Positions 35,270 to 45,490 of a stretch of 64,000 nt of DNA are shown piece by piece. Position 1 is the first letter of the stretch. The number at the start of each line of letters is the position of its first letter. The translations under genes were made by a program, and so were the position numbers. The notes beneath the pieces are model-generated. The model saw only the letters and a list, made by a program, of their open reading frames with translations, had not been told where the DNA came from and did not search any database. The DNA lies in the NCBI GenBank assembly GCA_048128005.1, contig JBEUKZ010000013.1, forward strand, positions 124,001 through 188,000, read 5' to 3'. The DNA comes from Veleropilina oligotropha (lineage: Eukaryota).

Positions 35270-36571
35270 ATGACTAGCGTATACGGACGCAAGCTTAATC
35301 CATACCGCAGGCTGCGTGAGCCCCTCGCAGTCAAGGGCATCCGCCAGTCGGTCACGATTACAAACAATCCATCAACGATTGCCCCGAACCAGCAGCTCCT
35401 GGTTCGGTTCCCTAATCTCGGGGCGAATGACGTGATCGTTCCAGGTACTGCCCACCTTGCATTTACCATCTCACTGACCTCGGTAAATGCGAATAGGACT
35501 GTAGTGCAAAATATCGGCCGTGCCGTGATCAGAAAGACCACGATAAAGATAAGTGGAAACGAGATCATGTCGATTGACGACTCCGACGTGTACCACTGCT
35601 ACCGCGATCTCTGGAAGACCACCGGGGAGCGCAAGAACGCCCAGTACCAGGGGATTGATACCAGCGATGGACACAACACTACGAAGCATCGTGTTGGTGC
35701 GGCAGACGCCTTTAGACTGTCTGAGGATGTCGCGGTCGCGGCCGCGTACGGTAACCGATTCCGCATCCCGCTGGATTTCGAGCTGTTGGAAAGTCACATG
35801 CCATTCTATCAAAGCGCCCTTGGAGACCGTCTCGAGTATGAGCTAACGTTCAACGACTACTCCCGGACTATCCGGGAGACGGACGACTCCGGTTCCAGCT
35901 ATTCCATCGACAATATATCCCTCGAATATGACATGGTAACCCAATCCGAGCTTGCCAGACGGATTCGAAATCAATACCAGGGTCAACTCGTAATCCTGTA
36001 CGACCGTGTTCTCCGGCATCGGAAGCTCACCCTAGACAAGAGCGACTCGTTGTGGAATATGAATGTGAACGTACCGGCGAGGTCGATGAAAGGAATACTA
36101 CTGTTGTTCGAGGACCCTGCGAGAGACGCCGCGCCATTCTCTCGCGATACTGAGGCCTTCTATAATCCGAAGATCACAAAGGTCGAGGTCACAATCGAGG
36201 GTGTCCCGAATCAAATCTACAGCCAGGGCATGCGAACATACCAGATCTGGGAAGAAGCCAAGAAAATGTTCGCCTCCGGCTGCAGCAAGCGGCATCCTGA
36301 GGTCGCGATGGTCGCAAAGGACTTGGAGATGGCAGACGTCACCCTGGGCGAATTTCTGACTAAGAAATTTGCGCTCTGGATCGATATGCGGGTAACTGAC
36401 GACGATCAGTTGCACGGGTCAGGCCGGAGGGTCGAGAACGCCAGCGAAGGCATTACTATTCAGATCACTAAAACAGCCGAAGCGGCCGGTCCACTGAACG
36501 TCTACGAGTTCGTGATCATGGACGCACAGCTGAATATCGAGAATGGCCGATTCGTCGAAGCACTGTACTAA
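35270..36571 (+). CDS. Putative major capsid protein (double jelly-roll)
   Basis: About 433 aa, beta-rich, adjacent to the packaging ATPase; fold inferred from size, composition and context. Confidence 0.7.
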   Translation: MTSVYGRKLNPYRRLREPLAVKGIRQSVTITNNPSTIAPNQQLLVRFPNLGANDVIVPGTAHLAFTISLTSVNANRTVVQNIGRAVIRKTTIKISGNEIMSIDDSDVYHCYRDLWKTTGERKNAQYQGIDTSDGHNTTKHRVGAADAFRLSEDVAVAAAYGNRFRIPLDFELLESHMPFYQSALGDRLEYELTFNDYSRTIRETDDSGSSYSIDNISLEYDMVTQSELARRIRNQYQGQLVILYDRVLRHRKLTLDKSDSLWNMNVNVPARSMKGILLLFEDPARDAAPFSRDTEAFYNPKITKVEVTIEGVPNQIYSQGMRTYQIWEEAKKMFASGCSKRHPEVAMVAKDLEMADVTLGEFLTKKFALWIDMRVTDDDQLHGSGRRVENASEGITIQITKTAEAAGPLNVYEFVIMDAQLNIENGRFVEALY

Positions 36572-37175
36572 ACGATTTCCGCACACCAAGGACCCCCACT
36601 CCGCAATCATCTGCGGCCAGACCGGTTGTGGGAAGACGGTTTTCATGCTTGAACTGCTGGAAGGGGAGTATCGAGGCGTCTTCCGGCATATCGTGATCCT
36701 CTGCCCCACGATCAAGTTCAACAAGGCATACCAGTCTTGTCCGTGGATCTGGACCGACCCTGAGGTGTATTTAGTCCCCCCGGGTGAGCGACTCCATGAC
36801 TGGCTGCGGGGGTTCTACCGACGGTTTCAGGGGGAATCAACTTTATATATCATCGACGACTGCGCCGCGAGCAAGGCTATGGCAAAGAAACGGGACATGC
36901 TGACTTTGTTGGCCTTCAGCGGCAGGCATGCTTCCCAGAGCGTATGGGTAGTGACGCAAAAGTACAACTCGGTCTTGAAGGAGCTCAGAGAGCAGACCCG
37001 CTGGGTCGCGCTGTTCCATTGCAAGGACCGCGACAGTTTCGAGGACTGTCTGCGCGAGAACGATGTAATCCCGTCGCAGGATGAACGGACCACGGTTCGC
37101 AGGCTGTTGACCGAGACACGACACGCTAAGCTTCTGTTGAAAACTGATCAGCCCGTTGCTTATAGTGTGCTGTAG
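36543..37175 (+). CDS. A32/FtsK-HerA-like genome packaging ATPase (intact)
   Basis: Walker A GQTGCGKT, Walker B YIIDD, SGRH arginine motif, VVTQ. Confidence 0.92.
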   Translation: MADSSKHCTKRFPHTKDPHSAIICGQTGCGKTVFMLELLEGEYRGVFRHIVILCPTIKFNKAYQSCPWIWTDPEVYLVPPGERLHDWLRGFYRRFQGESTLYIIDDCAASKAMAKKRDMLTLLAFSGRHASQSVWVVTQKYNSVLKELREQTRWVALFHCKDRDSFEDCLRENDVIPSQDERTTVRRLLTETRHAKLLLKTDQPVAYSVL

Positions 37176-37228
37176 CAGCTACTTGGCTAGCCCTAACATC
37201 TACTTAGCAGCTACTTAGCTAGCTAGGC

Positions 37229-37990
37229 ATGTCGGACGCGGTATACATAGCTTTTGCTTTCAGCCAGAGCCTGATCTTGTTGCTACTCGTAACGTTGTGG
37301 TATTGGCATTATCGCTATATTAGACTGGCGAGGAGATGTTGGAAACGCTTAAGGATGGACAGCCTCATCGATCAACTCATGGATGACGAGGAAGAAATGA
37401 CCGTGAGCAGCAGCTCACCCCGCTCGACGACCAAACGCTGCTCGCAGCACGAGGAACCTGAAACTGGCTCCATAGGGATGGCAAAGAAACGGGAGAGGCT
37501 TGCAGCATTAGCCGTTGGAGGACAGGCCCACCGATACATGGGGCGTAACCTCACAGTGGACCGAATCGACGATATGACTGACGACGAGGTTGAGAAACAC
37601 CACGCACGGTATGAAGCGAAGCTAGGTGCTGACATGACGAAGACCCTCGGGGCCGCTGCTATACAGCTGTATGCGGGTGCAGCTGGGATGTTCCTGCCCA
37701 TTCCACCAGCAAACCAGCTACGACTGATCGCCGACCTGGAGGCCGACCCGTTCATCTCACATGCCCTGACCACTGCAAGCTGTGAGCTGTATTATAAATA
37801 TGGCATGTACCTCGCACCGCTGACCGCAGCGTTGACCACGGCTAAGCACTGCCAATTTGGACATGTTTGCCCGCCTAAGATACCAGATCAAGATGACAAC
37901 GCCGGAAGTGGACCAAGTGATCGAGAGACAGCCGATCGAGAGCCAGCCGATAGAGAGGGTGACTTCTTCGACGGACTCATCAGTGAGTAA
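37229..37990 (+). CDS. Hypothetical 253-aa protein with N-terminal TM segment
   Basis: Homologue of 27223-27978. Confidence 0.7.
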   Translation: MSDAVYIAFAFSQSLILLLLVTLWYWHYRYIRLARRCWKRLRMDSLIDQLMDDEEEMTVSSSSPRSTTKRCSQHEEPETGSIGMAKKRERLAALAVGGQAHRYMGRNLTVDRIDDMTDDEVEKHHARYEAKLGADMTKTLGAAAIQLYAGAAGMFLPIPPANQLRLIADLEADPFISHALTTASCELYYKYGMYLAPLTAALTTAKHCQFGHVCPPKIPDQDDNAGSGPSDRETADREPADREGDFFDGLISE

Positions 37991-38384
37991 AAAGGACCCG
38001 AAAAAAGTGGCTGCAGGTCGGGCCGGCGCTGCTGCTCGAAAAGCCAAGCAGGAGAAGCTACTGGCCGCGGTTCGAAAAATGAAAGAAGACCTGAGTGCCC
38101 CAACAAGTGTTGTCGCTCCATCAGAACAGCCCGGGGAGGCGGTTCCAGCCGCAGAAAGACCGTGTGCGCCAGATACACGGAAATCGGACCCATTTAATTG
38201 GACCCAGGTAGCCGTCGCTGCCGGTACGGTTGCGTTGGTATTTGTTGTCTGGAAGACGTCCTCAGAACGCAGCAACCCTGGTCCATCCACACCACATCAA
38301 CAGCCACCAGACGCGGACGCTCGGTGCTCTCGGGCCGCCCCCACTATCGAATTGAAGAAGCAGAACCCTTTTCATATGCAATAG
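37857..38384 (+). CDS. Basic-motif / TM protein
   Basis: Homologue of 26829-27356; probable ATG at 37893. Confidence 0.65.
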   Translation: MDMFARLRYQIKMTTPEVDQVIERQPIESQPIERVTSSTDSSVSKKDPKKVAAGRAGAAARKAKQEKLLAAVRKMKEDLSAPTSVVAPSEQPGEAVPAAERPCAPDTRKSDPFNWTQVAVAAGTVALVFVVWKTSSERSNPGPSTPHQQPPDADARCSRAAPTIELKKQNPFHMQ

Positions 38385-38409
38385 TCGCAAACGGTACTAA
38401 TCAACAGTT

Positions 38410-38649
38410 ATGACTACCCCAATCACTGATGGAAAGATGCTCGGCAACGCTGTATACCACGCCGCTATAGTGTCAGGCCTCGCCATAGGCTACGCACGCC
38501 TGACAAAGATGGTATTCAAGGGAGCGAGCCCCAAACTGGACTTCACGGGGTACGATGTCGGGATGGTCGTCCTCGACGTATCGCTCGCCATGGCGACGAA
38601 AGACATGCTGATCAAGCAAGGCATCATTCCGGCCGATATATTGAAGTAG
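38410..38649 (+). CDS. Small hydrophobic 79-aa protein
   Basis: Homologue of 26564-26803. Confidence 0.7.
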   Translation: MTTPITDGKMLGNAVYHAAIVSGLAIGYARLTKMVFKGASPKLDFTGYDVGMVVLDVSLAMATKDMLIKQGIIPADILK

Positions 38650-38680
38650 TGGGACCTTGCTAGATAATCGCAGCATTTCA

Positions 38681-39109
38681 ATGGCTTCCATTGCGATGCT
38701 GGTTGGGGGCGCTCTCGTCAACGCCCTCGCCTTCAGCGGCTCCAACTTCCTCTTCTCGAAGCTACGCAGCTCCGGTGTCGATGCGGAGCGTAAACGCCAC
38801 GACATTGCTGTAGAACAGCTCAACGCTGCTCAGACTAAATGGTCACAACAGAGGGCAGAGCGTCTCGACTGGCTGAACGTTGAACTTCGCCGCCAGGGTC
38901 ATGCCGTTGGCACATTCCGGGATGTTGACGCCGCGATCCGTGAGTATGCATTGATCACCGGCAAGAACCTTGACCCCGACCTGGGGGGTGGCCCTGAGCC
39001 CGCCCTGTCTGACTACTACACACCGAGCGATGGCCAGAAGGGACGTGAGATCACCTTCATCATCCTGGGGATGGCTGCGACCGGGTTGGTCGCCTACAAG
39101 CTCGCCTAA
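38681..39109 (+). CDS. Predicted membrane protein
   Basis: Homologue of 26104-26532. Confidence 0.75.
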   Translation: MASIAMLVGGALVNALAFSGSNFLFSKLRSSGVDAERKRHDIAVEQLNAAQTKWSQQRAERLDWLNVELRRQGHAVGTFRDVDAAIREYALITGKNLDPDLGGGPEPALSDYYTPSDGQKGREITFIILGMAATGLVAYKLA

Positions 39110-39149
39110 TTATTTCCAGTGGACATTTTTTTCGTTGGCATGTATAGTA

Positions 39150-39371
39150 ATGGGGCTCCCAGAAGAGCTGTACTGCGCTATGCTTGCGGTCGGCTATAGT
39201 ACTACGTTACTCGACTGCTGGCGCCGCGACGAAAAGACTATGGTGCGGTTCGCGGTCCTGGTGCTCTCGGGCCCGACCAACCTACGGGCGACCACTGCGC
39301 AGCGACCGGCTCCGGAAGCTGAAGCCTGTTGGAGACTGATCAGTTTACTGGAATACATTGCTGATGGATAG
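39150..39371 (+). CDS. Hypothetical 73-aa protein
   Basis: Homologue of 25842-26063. Confidence 0.5.
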   Translation: MGLPEELYCAMLAVGYSTTLLDCWRRDEKTMVRFAVLVLSGPTNLRATTAQRPAPEAEACWRLISLLEYIADG

Positions 39372-40362
39372 TAAGCTTGCGAGGATGTACTACAGCCCTA
39401 AGGGCTACTGGAAAGGCATTGCCGCGATAAAGAAACTAGCTGACGCTGCCAAGGCGTCTGAAGTGGAGGCCCGGACATGGCTTAAGAGGCAGGCTATATG
39501 GCAGATCTATTTACCTGCGCCACGGCGGATTCCAAGACCAAAATTCGACGTCGTAACGCCAAACGAGGTTCACCAAGCCGACCTCCTGTTTCTCCCCCAT
39601 GACAAGGTCAGACACAAGACCTATAAGTACGCTTTGACTGTGGTTGATGTGGCCAGTCGCTTTAAAGAGGCTGAGCCTCTGGTCACAAAAGAGGCCAAAG
39701 GGGTTGCTGAAGCACTAGCCCGAATCTACAGGCGGAGTCCTCTTGGCTGGCCGAAACTGCTTCAAGTCGATCCAGGGCGAGAGTTTATGGGCGCGGTTTC
39801 CCAGCTGCTGGCAAAGAATAACGTCGAGGTTAGGCGTGGCCGTGTGGATATCCATCGCGATCAGGGCATTGTGGAGCGCTTCAACCGGACGCTCGCTGAG
39901 CGGCTCTTCGGGCACCAGTATGCAACAGAGATGCGGTTTGCAGAGTCTGCGAAAGAGGGTCAAAGGTCAACTGAGTGGGTCGCCCGGTTAGCAGCTGTAG
40001 TTGCGGCCTTGAATGGGGAAGTGACCAGGCTGACCGGTAAAAAGCCCAAGGACGCCATCAAGGCACCTCGCGTTGCCCAAAAGCCAGGCGCCACTGTTCC
40101 AGGCCGACAGGGGAAGGAACAGAAACTCCCCTCTGACGTAGATGTTCGCTACCTTTACTACGATGGTGAGCTGGAGGGGGGTCATCGCCGTGCTACTGAC
40201 CCGGTGTGGTCTCTAAAAGTTTACAGGCTTGGACGCTCCGTCACTAAGCCTGACGAGCCTGTGCTCTACTACTTGCTGGATGGACCACCGCGTGGCTTCG
40301 TTCGTGAGGAACTTCTCGTGGTGCCTCGTGATACCCAGCTGCCGCCGGTTCTCAGGCGTTAA
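39364..40362 (+). CDS. rve (DDE) integrase
   Basis: Same DDE motifs as the outer copy; a few amino-acid differences. Confidence 0.95.
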   Translation: MDSKLARMYYSPKGYWKGIAAIKKLADAAKASEVEARTWLKRQAIWQIYLPAPRRIPRPKFDVVTPNEVHQADLLFLPHDKVRHKTYKYALTVVDVASRFKEAEPLVTKEAKGVAEALARIYRRSPLGWPKLLQVDPGREFMGAVSQLLAKNNVEVRRGRVDIHRDQGIVERFNRTLAERLFGHQYATEMRFAESAKEGQRSTEWVARLAAVVAALNGEVTRLTGKKPKDAIKAPRVAQKPGATVPGRQGKEQKLPSDVDVRYLYYDGELEGGHRRATDPVWSLKVYRLGRSVTKPDEPVLYYLLDGPPRGFVREELLVVPRDTQLPPVLRR

Positions 40363-43300
40363 CAACCGCAAATCCTCGTTTCCGGTTACATTCCAGACAC
40401 GTTAAGCGCACGTTGTCGCGGGTGTGGCCCCTGCTGTTGTCCACACGGTCGACACTGAACTGCTGTGTGTCCTTCGGGGAATATGCCCAGAGCAGCTCTA
40501 TGTTGCATGCTGCGCAGCGGTTGTTTTGGGCCTCTCTGAGCCGCAGGATGTCGTCGACCTTGAGGTTAAACCCCGGGAGTCCCGTTGCCTGGTCCTGGCG
40601 TTTGTACGCCACAAGCTTTTTCTGGATGGTCTTTCGGAGCTGTTGCTCGGTTTGGGGCGGGGGCCTGTCCTCAGAACCCTCATCCGGTGGACAGGTTACC
40701 CGTTCGAGCTGACGCAGCAGCTCCACCCGGGACACGGCTAGGTAGGCGAGATTACTCCATTGAAGGTAGTCGTCGATGATCCAGACTTTCTGTGGGTCGT
40801 GAATCGTAAGACCCTGGCTCGAATGGATGGTCAGGGCATAGCCCAGGCGCCAATCCGGGGTCAGGATAGCCCGCTCAGCGGCCTCAATGGTGACCTCGAC
40901 GACGTCGTTCAGAACTAGCTCCTCTCTGTCGCTGGTGCCCGGAATGGTTACCATGATGTTCTGTTTTCTGCTACCCTCATCCGGTGGACAGGTTACCCGT
41001 TCGAGCTGACGCAGCAGCTCCACCCGGGACACGGCTAGGTAGGCGAGATTACTCCACTGAAGGTAGTCGTCGATGATCCAGACTTTCTGTGGGTCGTGAA
41101 TCGTAAGACCCTGGCTCGAATGGATGGTCAGGGCATAGCCCAGGCGCCAATCCGGGGTCAGGATAGCCCGCTCAGCGGCCTCAATGGTGACCTCGACGAC
41201 GTCGTTCAGAACTAGCTCCTCTCTGTCGCTGGTGCCCGGAATGGTTACCATGATGTTCTGTTTTCTGCTGTCCCTGGGGTGGTACAGGATAGGCACCATG
41301 GAGTCTGGGAAGTGCTCCTTGTGCCTCTGGAGCAACAGCTCTTGAGCCCGTTCGCGGACCTTCTGACGGCTTGTGAGGATTAGGTCGCCTGGCTTCCAGG
41401 TGTTGACGAACCGGTCCCATCCGAGGCAGCTGGGGAGGGTCCGTCGCATCTCGTCGCACTGGACTTTGTCGGGCTGGAGACGGATACGTCTTTTCAGGGC
41501 TTGGAGGGCAGGGTCGTCTTTCGCCCTGTAGTCTACTTCGATCTCTTCATAGTAGTCCGCGGTCTTTCGCAGCCAATCGTGCGGCATCTCGCCCGTAATC
41601 GGTGGTGGCTGGCCTTGATCACCACAGCAGATAACCTGCACTTCGTGGCGGCCCAGCCAGTCCAAGAACATCTCTAGAATAGCCCGGGGAACAGTACAGA
41701 CCTCGTCCCAGATAATGACGCGCGGGATGAACTTCTGATCCATGCGGTCAGGCGTCCAGTCATTCTGGCCGCTCCATCGGAAGAAGCTGTGGTAGGTCTG
41801 GGCTTTGACGCCTCTGGTCCGCATCTCTTTAGCGAGGCGGTGGGTTGGTGTGAACACGACGGGATTCCTTGCCCGGAAGAGCTCGATCGCTCTCGTAGTC
41901 TTGCCACAGCCCCCTCCACCATTGAGGTAACTCAGGCGATGGTGGGTCAGTGTGTCATTGTAGCATGGCGCGGTGCTCGGCTGGCTGGAATTGGCGGCAC
42001 AACAATACTCTGGCTTGGGTAGGTATGCGGCATGTTCCTGTGGCATATACAGCTGTTCGCCCTTGTCACGCCACTGGGCTGGTGCTACTGGCGGAAGGTA
42101 CGGCTCCGCGATCAGACATGAGATGCACGATTTCTCGCCACAGCCGCAGAGTCTGGGGGCAACGTACACCGTGACATCGTCGAGCTTCTCCAACGAGGCC
42201 TTCTTGAGGTAGATGCTGTCAGTGGCTACTCGGACGGCTTCTGCTGCACTGAAACGCTGAAGCATGCTCAAGAGGTTTATGTGTGCATAGGCCAACATGG
42301 ATGCCCTCAGGTGGGCGTACTGAGGCTGGGAGCCATCATAGTACGTGAGGATGTGACCGAGGGGGCATCTCTGAGGAGCGCCAACCAGGGTGCCGCTTTG
42401 GCGGGTGTCTCTTACGAGGAAGTCGAGCTCACCCTGGTCGGTCACCAGTCTACGAGTCAATCTTTTGCCATCGGCCTTGGCGCCTTGGGTGAATTTGCCG
42501 ATAATGCTGCAGCCCTGGTCACGATTCTCCGGAAGCCAGACATCGGTCTGGTTTTTGAACGCGATGATGGCCTCTCGGATCTTGAGGCTTTTTAGCAGTC
42601 CAGAGTCTACGAGGAAGGCGAGCAGCGGGGTGGGTGCCCATCCATTCTCTGCAAAGTGCTTTCCGAACCATGCTACAATGACGGGGTGGATGTCTTGTGC
42701 GAACTCCCATTCCACGACCTCGGCAAACCCGGTACCGATTTCTCGGGGTAGAGGACCGTTAATTGCGACCCGGGTCATGCTGTGGAGTGGGTGTCCGAAT
42801 CTTTCGAAATAGGGCTTAGCCTCGCCCTTCCCTAGAAAGCTTGCAGGGTAGCAGGATTTCATATCGATGCAGCAGACATCGCCCGTGTCGTAATTCATGG
42901 AATTCCACAGGCCGCCGTGGCCATGCTCTACACAGGCCTTCTGGATGTCATCGAGCAGGCCCGCTGGGGTCGGTTTCCAGCCGTTGGTCTCTTTGGCCAT
43001 AATGCTAGCTGCATGGTTCACGCCAAAGGCTCGATCGGCTAGGGACTCATTCCCCAGCGCTGTACAGGCTTCTTGGAGTCTCTCGTGAGCCTCTTTTGTC
43101 CGGTAAGTGCGGCCGTCTTGCAGCACGAACTGGTCCACGCCAAGCTGTCGGTCTTTACCGCCTAGGAGCCAGACAGCCAATGGCTCATTCTGGGTGGCTT
43201 GTCGGATAGCTTCCCAGACATCGCCCTCATACAGGTGGACCTCGCGAGACTGCGGAAAGTGTAGGTCCTTCGACCAGGCGTGGCCGTTGTGACAGATGAG

Positions 43301-44485
43301 TTCTATGGACTTCCACATACTGGCCTGGTATTTCCCACTGTTGTAGATGTCCTCGCCGGCAATGTCTCTCAAGGTGATCGCCCGTTTGAGGATCTTCTCG
43401 AGGGTAGCTATATCATCCACAGTGGCGCCTGTTACATGGACTCGCTCTTCCCACTCCAGTATTTTCTGCCGCCTTGTCGGGGTGAGTCCGTGTCCTCTAA
43501 GGGCACCTTCGAAGTGCTCAACCACTCGTTGGGCAACGCAGTTGAGGTCGCCGTTCTTCATCGGAACCAGGTTGGCGGGGTTTGGTTCTCTGAGAGGATA
43601 GACGCCGTAGACGACTGCAGTGACCGGGTAGGCATTCTCGTAGTAGACCTTGTCGACCCCAGTGATAGCACCCGGCTTAGTGTCCTGAGAGATCTCAAAG
43701 ACACCCTGGCCCTTCTTCCTCGCAGCTTTCACCGGGTCAAACTTGTCTTCGACCACCCAGTCACCTTCACCCCACTCACGCAAGAACTTTATTCTAAGGA
43801 CATACTCGCCCTTTGGAAGGGCTGTGAGGAGCTGTGCCGCCCTTGCATCTGTCATACGGGCATCCAGGGCCAGCCGTCCAGCCACTTCTACCCTCCATGT
43901 GGAGAAAGCCGCCGCGGCACCATCGACCTCAAACTCGTCTTTGGCGTCGCTCAAGAGTTCCACCCATGGCTCTTTTGCTGGGAGCCTTACTGGGGGAGGG
44001 ACCTGGTCATCCAGGTCGATGAATCGTTGTCCCTCGGGTGTGGTAAATTGCCCTAGAAGATCCTTCTGGTAGTCCTGGGCTGTCCGGGGCATTTTGGAGA
44101 TGAGAAGATCGGGCCCCTTCCGAGCAATAGCATGGGCAAGGGTCTCTTTCCGAGACCGCTTGACGATTCGATCCGTGATGGCGCGAAGTGGCTTCAGTCG
44201 AATCCTGGGATTTTTCTCAGCCTGGGATTCGTATTTACGAGCCTGCAGGGCGGCGTCGACCTCGTCCTTAATCTGCCGCAACTCGCGAGCACGTCGGCCT
44301 CTTTTGTGGGGGTTCTCCACATCTCCACGTATGGAGGGGAACCTTCCCGTTTTCATCGCCCGCTCGAGTCTGCTCCGAAACTCCGCAGCACGGACCCTGG
44401 CGATTGCCCTGACGAGGTCGTGCTTCTTGAGCTTCGACCGAGCGGGAATCCCATAATCTTTCGCTAGATTGCGCAGGTCATCCAT
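40352..44485 (-). CDS. Replicase polyprotein (OTU-like, PolB, SF1B helicase, HNH-like) with in-frame 99-aa duplication
   Basis: Same motifs as 21004-24861; ATG at 44485. Confidence 0.9.
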   Translation of the reverse strand: MDDLRNLAKDYGIPARSKLKKHDLVRAIARVRAAEFRSRLERAMKTGRFPSIRGDVENPHKRGRRARELRQIKDEVDAALQARKYESQAEKNPRIRLKPLRAITDRIVKRSRKETLAHAIARKGPDLLISKMPRTAQDYQKDLLGQFTTPEGQRFIDLDDQVPPPVRLPAKEPWVELLSDAKDEFEVDGAAAAFSTWRVEVAGRLALDARMTDARAAQLLTALPKGEYVLRIKFLREWGEGDWVVEDKFDPVKAARKKGQGVFEISQDTKPGAITGVDKVYYENAYPVTAVVYGVYPLREPNPANLVPMKNGDLNCVAQRVVEHFEGALRGHGLTPTRRQKILEWEERVHVTGATVDDIATLEKILKRAITLRDIAGEDIYNSGKYQASMWKSIELICHNGHAWSKDLHFPQSREVHLYEGDVWEAIRQATQNEPLAVWLLGGKDRQLGVDQFVLQDGRTYRTKEAHERLQEACTALGNESLADRAFGVNHAASIMAKETNGWKPTPAGLLDDIQKACVEHGHGGLWNSMNYDTGDVCCIDMKSCYPASFLGKGEAKPYFERFGHPLHSMTRVAINGPLPREIGTGFAEVVEWEFAQDIHPVIVAWFGKHFAENGWAPTPLLAFLVDSGLLKSLKIREAIIAFKNQTDVWLPENRDQGCSIIGKFTQGAKADGKRLTRRLVTDQGELDFLVRDTRQSGTLVGAPQRCPLGHILTYYDGSQPQYAHLRASMLAYAHINLLSMLQRFSAAEAVRVATDSIYLKKASLEKLDDVTVYVAPRLCGCGEKSCISCLIAEPYLPPVAPAQWRDKGEQLYMPQEHAAYLPKPEYCCAANSSQPSTAPCYNDTLTHHRLSYLNGGGGCGKTTRAIELFRARNPVVFTPTHRLAKEMRTRGVKAQTYHSFFRWSGQNDWTPDRMDQKFIPRVIIWDEVCTVPRAILEMFLDWLGRHEVQVICCGDQGQPPPITGEMPHDWLRKTADYYEEIEVDYRAKDDPALQALKRRIRLQPDKVQCDEMRRTLPSCLGWDRFVNTWKPGDLILTSRQKVRERAQELLLQRHKEHFPDSMVPILYHPRDSRKQNIMVTIPGTSDREELVLNDVVEVTIEAAERAILTPDWRLGYALTIHSSQGLTIHDPQKVWIIDDYLQWSNLAYLAVSRVELLRQLERVTCPPDEGSRKQNIMVTIPGTSDREELVLNDVVEVTIEAAERAILTPDWRLGYALTIHSSQGLTIHDPQKVWIIDDYLQWSNLAYLAVSRVELLRQLERVTCPPDEGSEDRPPPQTEQQLRKTIQKKLVAYKRQDQATGLPGFNLKVDDILRLREAQNNRCAACNIELLWAYSPKDTQQFSVDRVDNSRGHTRDNVRLTCLECNRKRGFAVVNA
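40676..41269. repeat. 297-bp tandem duplication inside the helicase region
   Basis: Units 40676-40972 and 40973-41269. Confidence 0.95.
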
Positions 44486-44533
44486 GTTGCTGGGGGGGTA
44501 TACACTACGCCAAATCATTTCTCTAATAGGAAA

Positions 44534-44809
44534 TTACGTGTGGTAGATTGCAGCCATGCGGCGAAACTCTCTCTGGAAGGCCCTTTTCTTTCGTTGCCAG
44601 TCCTTAACGTCTTCATTCTGATACCCACAACCCCGGCACAACGTAAACCGGTTAAAGACGCCTTTGCCGCATTTGATGCAGGGCTTTGTGCCCCAGCCAT
44701 TTCGCCGTAGCCGAGCCAGGTGGACTTTGCAATACGTGTTCAGACATCTCTTACCACATAGCTCCGTGGAGCTGATGGTGAGCCATTGACAGGTGTCCGT
44801 TCCCCACAT
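44534..44809 (-). CDS. Small Cys/His-rich zinc-binding protein
   Basis: Homologue of 20662-20955. Confidence 0.7.
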   Translation of the reverse strand: MWGTDTCQWLTISSTELCGKRCLNTYCKVHLARLRRNGWGTKPCIKCGKGVFNRFTLCRGCGYQNEDVKDWQRKKRAFQREFRRMAAIYHT

Positions 44810-44957
44810 CGTATCCTTTGCATTGGATATACCCGTCCGATGGGTATGTCTAAAAGAGAGCCCGGGCCGGCGAGGGTTGTGGGCCGCCCCTACGGGCTCT
44901 TACTACATACTACTATATCGGCATGTTAGACGTTGTGTATTTATACTTGAAAGCAAC

Positions 44958-45146
44958 ATGCCGCAGGAAGACATTCCTACGCTGTACAGCGAACGGAGCT
45001 TCAGGCGCGTTAAAAACCTCTTAAACCGGGGCTATAACGTTTTGATCGTTGTACTCGACAATGGTGAACAAGCGATATATAAGAAGAAGACCAAAGACGG
45101 TAGAAAGGGAGTTGCACGAAATCAAATGCTGGCGGGCCCTCAGTGA
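44958..45146 (+). CDS. Small basic protein (MPQEDI...)
   Basis: Homologue of 20353-20553 with a different C-terminus. Confidence 0.55.
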   Translation: MPQEDIPTLYSERSFRRVKNLLNRGYNVLIVVLDNGEQAIYKKKTKDGRKGVARNQMLAGPQ

Positions 45147-45306
45147 TGTCCTGTAGCCTTCGCCGGGCTGCTATTTTGCCATTCTAAAAAGTCCAATCAC
45201 CCCCCCTGCTGCTGCTCGCATAACTGAGGAGCCCGGGCCGGCTCGGGTAGTGGGCCGTCCCCGGGGGCTCTATATAGTCTACGTTGGGTCGGAAAAGGTG
45301 CATTCA

Positions 45307-45490
45307 TCCCCACAGTAATACCAGCTCAGTTCTGAAATAGTGCTGGGCGCTGTATTTTCCCATTCTAAAAAGTCTACTGACCCCCCCTGCTGCTGAGTTG
45401 AGATCCATATTAATTCTGAAAAAGTGCTGGGAGCCTTAATTTCCCTCGCCGCGCCCCCAGATAAAAGGTATGGTCACCCCCCCTGCTGCT
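45307..45490 (-). repeat. Right TIR of inner element
   Basis: Ends CCCCCCCTGCTGCT, followed by TSD CGGGG. Confidence 0.95.

Larger units (their letters stand above)
28438..45490. mobile_element. Inner, nested, oppositely oriented copy of the same Polinton-like virus (17,053 bp)
   Basis: 184-bp TIRs at 28438-28621 and 45307-45490; TSD CGGGG at 28433-28437 and 45491-45495. Confidence 0.95.

Noticed and set aside
25842..39371. Adenain-like maturation protease among the unknown ORFs
   Set aside because: No His...Asp/Glu...Gln-x-Cys-Gly pattern found by eye; a profile search is still needed to confirm absence
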